The notes beneath the pieces were generated by a model, which was given only the letters and a program-made list of their open reading frames with translations, was not told the origin of the DNA and searched no databases. This document shows positions 25,809 through 36,588 of a stretch of DNA of 64,000 nt, piece by piece. The stretch covers positions 163,494,001 through 163,558,000 of the forward strand of contig OZ024743.1 in NCBI GenBank assembly GCA_964016885.1, written 5' to 3'. The position numbers were made by a program, and so were the translations under genes. Every line of letters starts with the position of its first letter. Positions within the stretch are counted from its first letter, which is position 1. The stretch is from Eledone cirrhosa. Lineage: Eukaryota.

Positions 25809-28616
25809 TCAGGGATCAATTTCCCCCTCATCCTTCTGCATATGAAAGTCTGCTGTCCAGGTTGGTGGTTTGCGACTTCTTTGTGATCTCCGCAGTGTTG
25901 GGGCGGCACTTTGGGTTTCCTCTTCCACGGAGTCCATTGACACAGTGATTCTATGGACATCCAGGACATGACGTGGTACTCCGTCCACGGACACATTGTT
26001 CTGGGAATTTACGGCCGTCACCGTTCCCCTTCCCCATTGAGATGTGCAACGTGCATCTGGGGGCTTAACCCAGACTTCTTCGCCCACCTGCACGAATGCA
26101 CTCTCTCCCCCCACTGGGCGTTGTGGTGGCGTGCACGGGTGCCGCCACTCGTGTCTGAATACTGCTCTGTGTGGCACCGATTCCTCGACCTGTCCCACCC
26201 GAAGCTCCATTGGTGAGATATGGCCCCGCTCCGCCATTGCCTTGATCGTCCGGTGGTGTTGCTCCACAATTACATTCCCGCTCGGCCTCTACGCTGCTCT
26301 GAAGAAACGGTCCACCTTCCATCCATCGAGCATCTCCCTCAGCGCCTCCAAGTGGAATGCTGTGCTGTTGTCCATCAGCAGTTCGACCACAGTGCCCCGC
26401 TCCAAGAACACCTCTCTCAACATCCGCATGATTTCCTCGGCCGTTCCAGTCTTCATCTCCCTCCATATCGCCATCCGTCCTGGTCCACAGTCGACCATCG
26501 AGAGGTACGTTCCCTGTCGGTAGTGCGTTACATCCACCGCCAATCGCTTCCAGTCGCGATCCACCGGGAGGCTTCCCGTTTCGTGCACACCCGGGCCGGG
26601 ATCAATGGACTGACATCGGACGCAGCCTCTAATCACCCTTTGAACACTGTGTCTGTTAACGTCCGAGTCGATTCTCCTGGCTAGGAACAGGCTCCTATCC
26701 ACTCCCATGTGGTGCATGTCATGCAACCCTTTCAGATCCGACTCGGTCAGCCGACACACGGCAGCTATCTCATCTTCTACCTCCTCCAGCGCTTCCATCC
26801 AGGTTTTCTTCACCCTAGTTAAGACGTCTGCCCTATTTTTCTCTGAGGGCACGAAAACTACGCTCAGCCTCAGGTCGAACTCGGTGGTCAGCTCTCCTAA
26901 AGTTCCCAGGCGGCGCTTTATTCGCACTCTCTTCTCACTGGTGAGCACTGATCTCACCCATCCGAGTACAGTAGCCGAGTCGGTGCGTATCTCAATGGTG
27001 CGCAGTCCCCACCTCAGGGCGAGGTTCACCGCTCTCAACACTGCGTCCAGTTCGGCCACATTGATGTGGTTCAAGTCGTCCTTCTTCCTAAGCCAGGCTG
27101 CATCCTCGACCTCAACACCTCCTATCTCCAACGTGACACCCAGCGCTATGCTGCTGGCATCGCACCATACGGTCCCGCTCTGCGATTTGGGAACATACCA
27201 GCGTCCCCGCACTGGGTCGTCGGCCTTCACCCACTCTACGATCTCCTGCATCATGGCCACCATCCTCTCTCCCACTCTGTCACTCCAAGTCACCCCTTCC
27301 GCTCGTCTCTTGACATAGCTGCATGCCGTCCGGAGCCACCCAGCAACCGAGTAGTGACCCACCAACTTCCCACACACCGAGAAAAGCTCCCGCCTACTCA
27401 TACTTGGGCCCAGTTCTGGAACTTCATTTCCCCTCTGGAATACCAAGACGCCTGTCCTGTCTCGCCGTAGCTTAAGTCCCAGTGCGGCTCCTCCTTCCAA
27501 CGCTTCTGATGGCTTCGCAGCCAGTCCATGCCACTGTAAATGGCTCATGACCTCCGCCGCCGACACCACAGACTCGTCCGATAGGATGTCGTCAATGTAG
27601 GAGTTAGTGGCCCTCTTCTTCTTGTCGGCCTTTCCCAGAATGGTCTTGAGGACCGCCGCCATGATCTTCGGTGCGGGGCTCAGCCCGAAACCGAGCCTGG
27701 TCAGGCAATATGTCCGACCCTTATACCTGACCAGCTGATACTGCCAGAGCTTCTCATCTATATGCAATTGCAAGTATGCCGACTTTAGATCTACGATTGC
27801 TGAACCCCCCGTCACGCGTCTCCACTCACGCAGGGTTTCCCCACAGACATCCGTGACCTCGCCACCCGTGTGACATGACACGTGCTCGTTCAGCTCCTGA
27901 AAGTCCAGCACCGGCCTCACCTTGTTCTTTGTGGGTTGCGCCACCGCCATTAACGGCAGCACCCCACACTTCACCTCCTTCCAGGGAACCAGTATGCCCT
28001 CCTTGATCCATCTCTCTACCTCTCGCTCAAACTCACTCCTAGTGTCTCCTTTCAATGTGTGCTGATAGCAGCACACTTTGTTTTTCAGTGTTGGTGGTTC
28101 TCCCTTCCAGTACCACTCAACAACCCATTGCTGCCCATCGAACACGGCCTTGAAGTCTTTGTCCTGCACAGTGTAAGTGGGGTATTTCTCCTCGTGGGCC
28201 TTCTGGTTCTCCTGTCGCGTACTCAGAGCGCACACCGATGCAGCGCTGCCAAACGACACACCGACGTTGTTCACTGTGACGGCTCCTAGACGGCCAATTG
28301 CGTCCATGCCCGTAACCACGCCGATCCCATCCACCACGTTGTCAACTACGATGGCAGAAAGCCTTATTTTCCTTCCCCGTACCGCTATTTCCATCTCGCT
28401 GCGACCTCGGCATTCAATTTTCCTGCTGTCGACTGCCCTTACGCTGCTCATCCCTCTCCACCTCTGCGCCACCCCCACGGTCACCAGTGTCATCGTACAG
28501 CCCGTGTCCACGAGGGCTCGCTATAGCTTTCCCCTCACGAAGACTTCCACCACGGGCAGCGCCTCTACTTGTAAGGGGCAATTACCGGCACAGTAGTTCC
28601 CCTTGGATCGTTTCCC
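25809..28616 (-). pseudogene. pol: pol (PR-RT-RNase H-IN) with in-frame stops at 28521-28523 and 26289-26291
   Basis: ALVDTGC; RPVLDFQELN, LGFGL, YIDD; WCDAS, HINVAELDA, RTDS, ADVLTR; HHCC motif, AVDVTHY, MDNSTAF, IVEQHHRTIK. Confidence 0.92.
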
Positions 28617-29326
28617 TGGTCGCAGTTAGTAGTGATGTGGCCTGGTCGCTTACACCGGTAGCATATTATTTCCAGCCTTGATTCTCTACAGTCTCTAGCC
28701 ATGTGCGGGCCCTGGCACCTAAAACAGCGACCTCGAAACGTTCGCGGGCTACAGCATGCCGTGGTTGCCTCCCTTTCACCATTTCGCTGCCAGCTGTCTT
28801 GAGCCTCTGTAGTTGCTATCGCCGCGACACTCTTCTTGGCATCTTCTGCTATGATCCGGGCTGGTTCCACCAGTGAACGCATTTCCATTTCTTTGTAATC
28901 CAGGACTTGCTGCAGTTTCACCGCTATGTCATTTGGAAATCCATTTATGAACGCCAACCTCACCATGCGTTCGCATTCCACCTGATATCCAGCCAGCATG
29001 GCCAATCGCCGTATTTCCGCTGCGAAAATGTCAACACGTTCACCGTTCCATCTAATTCTTGCCAGCTTAGCAAAAGCAGCTAACGGTCCCTCTGCGAACG
29101 CTTCCATCATGCGCCTCTCAATCTTTTGCGCATCTCTTTGGCTGTGTTCATCCAACTCAAGGAAGAGTACCAACGCGTCCCCCTCGAGGTGCAGTGCCAT
29201 GAGGCCAGCCACATCTTCTATCTTCTGTAAGCTTGCGACCAGCCGGACTTTTCGCAGCCAAGCGACAACATCACCTTCACCGGTAAATGCCCTAATCGCT
29301 TCGCTTGTTCGTAGTCTCGTCGCCAT
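28565..29326 (-). CDS. gag: Gag with two zinc knuckles
   Basis: Intact 253-aa ORF; CFRCQGPHMARDC and CYRCKRPGHITTNC. Confidence 0.9.
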   Translation of the reverse strand: MATRLRTSEAIRAFTGEGDVVAWLRKVRLVASLQKIEDVAGLMALHLEGDALVLFLELDEHSQRDAQKIERRMMEAFAEGPLAAFAKLARIRWNGERVDIFAAEIRRLAMLAGYQVECERMVRLAFINGFPNDIAVKLQQVLDYKEMEMRSLVEPARIIAEDAKKSVAAIATTEAQDSWQRNGEREATTACCSPRTFRGRCFRCQGPHMARDCRESRLEIICYRCKRPGHITTNCDQGNDPRGTTVPVIAPYK

Positions 29327-29435
29327 ATCCTAATTTGTCTTGTGGTACGTGATAGAAAAAAACAACAGACTCCTCGCTGTTTTTCCAGTAGCTTTTTTTT
29401 TTTTTTTTTTTTTCAATCAGATCTCAGTTTCCAGT

Positions 29436-29447
29436 GCCGAAATAGCT
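29436..29447 (-). promoter_or_regulatory. Atypical PBS complementary to tRNA-Phe nt 1-12
   Basis: Minus strand AGCTATTTCGGC abuts the 5' LTR; + strand GCCGAAATAGCT equals the recalled 5' end of metazoan tRNA-Phe(GAA). Confidence 0.65.
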
Positions 29448-29717
29448 TGTGGTTAGAAAAAGCTATCTCACTTACCGCTTTTCATAGGCGCCGCTAAATC
29501 CCATTGCTGGTTTCTCCTCTTCCACGTGTGTCCAACTCATTAACACCAGGAGCTGCCAAAACTCGCGTCCACACCGTTCCTGGTCACCACCAGAGAGAGG
29601 CCGATCTGCTGGCCCTTCCGGTCGAGCACCCTTCCGGCCAAGCACCCTTCCGGTCAAGCACTCTTCCGGTCGAGCACTCCCCAGCTTCCAGCCACTGCAC
29701 GCCACACCATACCCACA
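29448..29717 (-). repeat. 5' LTR
   Basis: Direct repeat of 25526-25795. Confidence 0.95.
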
Positions 29718-31297
29718 CTCTAGATAGGGGAAACTATAGAGGCATTAAGTTAGTTGACCAGGTCATGAAGGTCACAGAAAGAGTTATTCCACAACTAATT
29801 AGAGACCGAATTGATCTAGATGAAATGCAGTTTGGGTTTGTGCCAGGTAACTACAGGAGAAGTACCAAGCTAAAAGTAAACCCCTATATTTAGTTTTTGT
29901 TGACTTGGAGAAAGCCTTTGACAGAGTCCCACGCACCTTAATCTGGTGGGCTCTTAGAAAACTAGGAGTAGATGAGTGGCTTGTGAGAGCTATACAAGCC
30001 ATGTATAGAGGAACAGTCAGCAAGGTTAGAATTAACAATGAATATAGTGAAAAGTTCAGCGTAATAGTAGGTATTCCTCAAGGCTCCGTCCTTAGCCTCC
30101 TCCTATTTATTATTGCCTTACAGGCTATAACAGAAGGGTTTAAGACCGGCTGCCCATGGGAACTTCTATATGCAGATGATCTAACTCTCCTAACTGAATC
30201 TATGGCTGAACTAGAGAAGAAATTACAAACATGGAAGCATGGCTTAGAATCAAAAAGGCCTTAAAGTTAATTTGTCTAAGACTAAAGTTCTAGTATGTAG
30301 AAAGGAGAATAGGTCACAGGTGCCCTCTGAGAAATGGCCATGCTCAGTGTGTAAGAAAGGGGTAGGTAGAAATTCCATTCTATGCCCCAAATGCAAACTA
30401 TGGGTACATAAAAGATGTAGTGGGATCAGAGGTAAGCTATCTAAGAATGTAGATTTTATATGTGGCCGATGCTCAGGTGCAGTAAGTAGCAAGGGCCCAT
30501 TGAATGCTATCTCCTTCAACTGCCCAGATGGTTCTATAGAAATAGTAGACACTTTTCGTTACCTGAGTGACAAAATCAGCAGTGGAGGAAGGTGCTCTGA
30601 AAGTACAGTAGCCAGAGTTAGAACGGGATGGAACAAGTTCAGAGAGCTAATACCGCTGTTGAGAGAGAGCCTAAACCTAAGAGGTATCAAATATTGTGTT
30701 CTGGAGAGGAGATGGCGTTGGTATGGGCATGTAATGCATATGAGGGTCAACAGCTGTATGAAAAAGTGCAGAGCAATCAAAATTGATGGAAGCAACGGAG
30801 TGAGTAGACCAAAAAAAACCTGGGCCGAGGTGATAAAAACTGACCTCTCTAAGACAATGTTACTGGATTGAGAACTTTGGCACTATGCAGTTGCACAGAA
30901 GACTCGCCTTCCCTTGCATACAAACTTAAACCTACAGTCAGCAGGCACCTCTTAACCCAATATACACCCCACCCCACTGTAGAGTGGTCATGTAGGTGAC
31001 ACGACAAAAAGCACCCAGTCCACACTGTAAAGTGGTAGTGTAGGAGACACAGTAAAAAGGCTCCCAGTCTAAACTGTAAATGTGGTTGGTGTTAGGAAGG
31101 ACATCCAACCGCAGAAAACCTGCCAGGGACAGTTCTGTATGAGCGAGATATGGTCTCCCGACCAATCCCGCCTCAAGTGGAATAAAACCGTCTAACCCAT
31201 GCTAGCGTGGAAGATGGACGTTAAACGATGATGATGATATATATATTCTCATTAATATTCTACTGAATTAAATTAAGACATATAACGGCGATACTTG

Positions 31298-31669
31298 CAG
31301 TTATTAGCTCCACCCACTACACGATACGTCATCAGCTGCTGCTGCTTGATTTTTACATATTCATGACATTGCGCCATCGCCACGCAAACTCCCTTAAATA
31401 CGACTGAAATAGTGGTCGGCTGGTACCATTGATGCGTTTCATTTTTTTTGGCATGAGACCACATCCCCTCAATATTTTGCGTGTGTGTACTTGATATGGG
31501 ATCAACGAAATGCTGCGAATTTCAAAAATCTAATTTTCTCTGTTAATATTTTAATAAATATTTATTATAAAAATTCAATGTTTTTCCGCATCTAAGATAA
31601 TGAATATGTAAAAATCAAGCAGCAGCAGCAGCAGATGACGTTTCGTGTAGTGGGTGGAGCTAATAACTG
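31298..31669. repeat. Fold-back element with ~67-bp terminal inverted repeats
   Basis: 31298-31364 is the reverse complement of 31600-31669 (2 mismatches, one GCA indel). Confidence 0.85.
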
Positions 31670-32179
31670 ATTGTCGATGATGATAATTTAGGACACTAAA
31701 ACCAAGTATTAGAATGTAGTGTTGATATGAATATCCAATTGAATCACAGCAAAATCTATGTGTGCATAGGTAGTATCTTATTACATGTTGTTGAGTATTC
31801 AAAAACTACAGGGTCTGAAATATAATGTTAAACAATGAAATAAATAAGAGTAAATTGATAGAATACCCACCTCGATTTCATGCGCTATCAACTAATCTAA
31901 CATTCAAGATGCTAACAATCGACTTTTTCCAGGAAAACAGAGGGTGTGGGATGGGTCCCCTACCGTAGTTTTCTCTACGATCTTTTCTTTCGCGTATTAA
32001 TAAATATGAACTCCAAACCAGTCGGAAACGACTAGATTTGTAGAAAACGCCCTCACGTTTGGTGGGAAATAATTATTTTTGGACTCAACGTTATATAGAT
32101 TGTCAAAACACGAACAAACAGCAGAGGTGTATTAGTATAACAACAAAGGTGTATTAGTATAACAACGGACTATACTTAC

Positions 32180-32237
32180 ATTTATTTACAAAACACAATA
32201 TTAAGAAAAGAGGACCAACGAACGTATAAAAGTCCAT
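32180..32237 (-). CDS. Ly6/uPAR (quiver/sleepless-like) protein, coding exon 1 (signal peptide)
   Basis: ATG-MDFYTFVGPLFLILCFVNK-T|GTAAGT; phase 1 joins exon 2 in frame (...NKSSAIKCYSC); not in the ORF track. Confidence 0.8.
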
Positions 32238-32572
32238 GCTTTTAAAAAATTCCTTTTTGTTTTGTTTCCTCGATAATTAAATATTATGAAAGAAATTTAC
32301 TTAATGGAAACTGACAATTAGTTTCTCAGGTGTGTTAGTACGAGGACACATGCGCAGTGAGACTGCACAATTAGGAAGAACTTTTTTGGTCGTCACCGCC
32401 TACACACGTGATATGCGCGCGTTATTTCATTTACAAGCGTGAGAAGTGAAACTCAGATTTGAGTTTTGTTTACTTTCAAAAGAAGTGAAACTACAGAAAA
32501 GAACTTGGAGAAAAAAGAACCCACTACTTATTGTTTTCTAGTTAATGTTCCTGTGAAGTATTAAAGAAAACT
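32238..32572. promoter_or_regulatory. Putative bidirectional promoter
   Basis: 335 bp between divergent ATGs; locally CpG-rich; catgcgcag (NRF1-like) at 32349, CACGTG at 32405-32410. Confidence 0.6.
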
Positions 32573-32989
32573 ATGGCCAGTGGAAACGACATAGTATATA
32601 TTCACCAGCCTTGCTCTTTACTTGAAAGTCTTTTACCAGCTTCTCCGAGTTGGTACACCTCTTACAGTTGTGACGGGAACGAAATTGGGATATTTGTGTG
32701 CGCTTCTCGTAATTACCTCAACGTTTTTAAAGTAAATGACCTGAACACCACAGCAAGAGAATCGGCAGAGGATTCGGGCATAGCACCTATCAGTAATGAA
32801 TTAATAAGTTACACTTTACTCGCATGTCTCTCGCATGCGGAGAAAGTGCAGGTTACGGCTTTAGGACCTCGACACAGAATAATCAAAGATGACGACCAGA
32901 TCCTCGCTGTTGCATGTTGTGATGACGGAACCGTCCACGTCTGGGACGTATTCAGTCAAAAAGAAATACAATATCATGATAAACATAAA
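32573..32989 (+). CDS. GEMIN5: Gem-associated protein 5, coding exon 1
   Basis: LPASPSWY...DDGTVHVWD matches recalled human LPPSPNWY...DDGTVKIWD; donor gtatgt, phase 0. Confidence 0.92.
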
Positions 32990-33203
32990 GTATGTATTTT
33001 ATGGTAATGTGTTTCACGTTACAGCCGTCACCACCCAACTAATATATCACTTAATATATATAATACATATCTTTTAATTTATATAAAGATATTTCCCTTC
33101 AAAATATTTTTCATATCCGTTTCTTCATTTTAAGTCTCTTTTAATTAGCTCATATATTCTTCAACAGTCGTATATATTCATTTTATTAAGGCTAAATAGT
33201 GAG

Positions 33204-33253
33204 TCTTGTTACTCCAGAGTTTCGCCTGTTTATCACAGGGTCATCAGACAAGA
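33204..33253 (-). ncRNA. Minimal type I hammerhead ribozyme (Penelope-like element)
   Basis: tcttgt-CTGATGA-c-cctgt(gataa)acagg-c-GAAA-ctc(tg)gag-TA-acaaga; all three stems pair. Confidence 0.75.
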
Positions 33254-35475
33254 ACAGTTTTTGTCTGATTACTCCGTGATAAACAGGCGAAAATGAATAT
33301 TAAAACTCTACTTCGGTATTGAGTACTCTTTTCTCTCAGCCGTCAACCACATACGGATATATGTATATGTGTGTGTGATTGTATATCTGTCTGTTAAAGA
33401 CATAACTGTGTCCTTTAAAGAAATATGAAAAATGTTTAATAAAAAAGATTACTAGTGTCTTTAATACATGTTTGAAAGAAGTGTCCTATTTACCCGGTTG
33501 AGCTGGGATTAAACAATATCGAAATTAGGAATAAACAGGATCTTTTCTTTTATACAGATAAGATATTCATATTTTACAGATACAAAGTAGTATATTACAC
33601 AATCGACCTAATCCTTTGCCTCATTTAATACCACAACCTGGTCGAGAATTTAACTCTACTGTAAGCATACGTTATTTGCAATTCTTTCAGAATGAAAATA
33701 TAGACAGCATATAAATAAATTTACAGTAGAATAACATAACAAATATGTTTTAAATATATACATAAATAACATTACAAATGCTTAGATAACATTATAAATT
33801 GCTCACGATTCTTTCAGAAAGATGTGTGCTAATTTAAATAAAAGATTTATGTAAAAGTTTATTAAGCAACCTAAATTGCTTGAAAATACTCTGTTGTTTG
33901 GTTGAAAGTAAGAAAAATGTTTAATAGAAAATTAAAATATAAAAATTACTGTAAGCATTCAATTCAAATTAACTATATACTGCTTCCTATTGTAGCATAC
34001 TGTGTTGTCACCCAACCTCTGTGTCCGTGGATATGCAAACGCCTTGGGCTCTCATTTTATCTAATGTTAATATTTTAATAGGAACTACTCCAATCAGTAA
34101 AGCAATAAAGAAGCTTCTGCACTGTCGTTGGACCTGCTAGAAATACTAGTCAAAACTCTGAAATCACACCATAGCATAATTGTTACATGGATAAATATTT
34201 CTCTCTTAATTATTATTCTCATTGTATAATAATCTAGGAAGGGAGTAGTCGTAACCTTGGGTCAACGAGAAGGTTTATATAAAAGAGGTCGTTGGTAGTG
34301 GAAAGGCTGAGAAGCACTGCCTTAGCATCTTAAAAAAGGAAACACATTGATTGATATTCTACATTATAAACAAAACAGACGCCAAAGTCAATCACATCTG
34401 GAATGTCTTAGCTATAGTGGCGGCTATCTAAGGGCTGAATTACAACCAACAACTTGGTAATGTTAGTAGGGTCCAGTGTGAACGTTTTCCAGGTTGATTG
34501 TGGTTGTGGAGGAGAGCATTAGCAAAGGAGGTAGTTTCGTGCAATGTGTTCAGTAGGGTGGGAAGGTATACTGTCAGGAACTTTAGCATGGGCTAGTTGT
34601 TAGGACATTGGATCTTAAGGTTCAATTTCTGGACCAGGTAGTCCATTGTGTTCATGATCATGACACTTCATTTCACATTGCTTTTCTTGATAGGACTGCT
34701 GCCTCTATCATTAAAGCATCCCCAAAACCTATGAGATGCAAACTTGTAGGAGGCCACATAAACCTGCATAGGTTTGAGATATAAATTTAACTTTTTTTAC
34801 AATAATAGAAGAGGTGGAGGGCAGATGTGAAATATTAATAATAAGAAGAATGAAGCATTGGTTGCAAAATTTACCATCTCTCTCTCCCTTGCTTGAGGTA
34901 AAATAAAAGCATTCTGTATGGGTAGAAGCAGATATGTGAATTAAAGCACAATTAACAGGATGCTGAGGAACCAATGTCAGGATATATTTTTAACCTTGTT
35001 TCAGTAAATATATGGATTGTATATAGAATCATTTTGGAAGGTTTAAATAAAAACCTTTAAAATGGGTGGCTTTGTTTCATTGATCTAAAGCTGATTTTGT
35101 CTGAGTTGGGCAAATGATTCAGTTTACTACAAGGTGTATATACTAACTGCATTGTATCTTATAAAGTATAAACATCTTTTCTGTAGAAAAAAAATTCTTC
35201 TTATCTCATTATCTTTAAATGGCTTACTGTTGAACTTGTTTAATACCACATCTTGAGCAGATTTATGAACAAAGACATTCGAGCTGTGATCATTTTGGCT
35301 TTGTTTCAGGTACAATGTATCCATGACTACATTATCCCAGATACATGTCTTCAATTTTAAGGTGGTTGGGTGTGATTTTGAGAATGATTTGCCTTGGCTG
35401 TTAAAACAGAATTAATTGGTTTATAGAAAAAAATGTATAAATTAAATATTGATTTATATCTATTTCTGCTTTCAG

Positions 35476-35660
35476 TCAAAAGTTACTGCTGCAGCATGGT
35501 CATTGTCAGAATCTGATTTTATTGTTACTGGAGATGAACGAGGCTTTATTGCATTATTTCAATTTGATACAAGTAATTCTTTAAAGCTACATCACCCTGA
35601 GAAATGTCAAGTTTCTTGTTTGGCTTTTTCTCCTCACAATTTTGATATGTTGGCTGTTGG
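35476..35660 (+). CDS. GEMIN5: GEMIN5 exon 2
   Basis: ttcag|...|gtgagt; WSLSESDFIVTGDERG...FSPHNFDMLAVG; phase 0-2. Confidence 0.92.
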
Positions 35661-35797
35661 GTGAGTGAAATATTTTATTTTCCTTTCTTTCATAAAATAT
35701 GAATTTAATATTCTTTTCTTTGTGGACACCCCCACGACCCCAAATAAAAGAAATATGCCATGATGAGTTGCTAGTCCTCATGTTCTTTTTCTTTAAG

Positions 35798-36100
35798 GAA
35801 TTAGAAATAAGAGGGATCAGATGTTGTTTACTCGAGAGAAGACTACGTTGGTATGGTCATGTGATGCGCATGAAAGACGACAGCTGTATAAAAATGTGCA
35901 GGGCAATAAAAATAGATGGTAGCCACGGAGTAGGCAGACCCAGAAAAACCTGGGACGACTTGATAAATTTTGACCTCACACACTTACACCTCTCCAAGAT
36001 AATGTCACTGGACCAAGATCTTTGGCGCTACACAGTAATACAGAAGACCTGCCTTACCTAAGTACAAAGTGAAACCTACTACAGTCAGTAGGCACCTCTA
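35798..36100 (+). mobile_element. RTE LINE 3' fragment
   Basis: ERRLRWYGHVMRM...GRPRKTW. Confidence 0.85.
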
Positions 36101-36430
36101 ACAAAGATGGTGCCCTTAACAGGTTGAGTGTAGTTTCATTGTGTATTGATTATTAATTAAAGAAAATCTCCAATTGGCCTACTTGTCTTTAATTCAAATC
36201 TTCACATCTCAGTTCAGCTAGTTGTTGACAATTTCTGTCAAATTTCTTCCAAATTTAACTCGCAAGGCATTGGTCAACCCAAGGCTGTAGTAGAAGACAG
36301 TTGACCAAGGTTCCATGCAGTCGGACTGAACCAAAAACCATATAGTTGCAAGACAAACTCCTTAACCACACAGCCATACATTCGCCTGTGCAAAATATCC
36401 TAAAAGTTATGCATTTCTGTTATTTTTCAG

Positions 36431-36588
36431 CTATAAATCAGGAAACATTGTTTTGATGAATGTATCTGGAACATCATTGACAGTTATGAAGAAATTTCCA
36501 GGTCATCATGATGACATAACATCATTGGTGTGGTGTCCACAGCCAGGGGAACAGTTTTGTGCACAGAAACCCAATGAAACAGATACAG
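36431..36588 (+). CDS. GEMIN5: GEMIN5 exon 3
   Basis: YKSGNIV...GHHDDITSLVWCPQPGE; phase 2-1; ag/gtaag sites. Confidence 0.92.

Larger units (their letters stand above)
25526..29717 (-). mobile_element. Full-length compact Ty3/gypsy-like LTR retrotransposon (4192 bp)
   Basis: 270-bp LTRs TGTGG...CCACA (7 transitions apart by eye), 5-bp TSD CTCTA (25521-25525, 29718-29722), G-rich PPT before the 3' LTR, gag plus pol. Confidence 0.96.
24520..31240 (+). mobile_element. RTE LINE interrupted by the LTR element at 25526-29717
   Basis: The LINE reading gatgctcta|gataggggaaac rejoins across the insertion; RT and PHD motifs at 29720-30870; (gat)n tail near 31235. Confidence 0.9.

Noticed and set aside
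25953-29333. Many plus-strand ORFs over the LTR element
   Set aside because: Antisense shadows of GC-rich gag/pol
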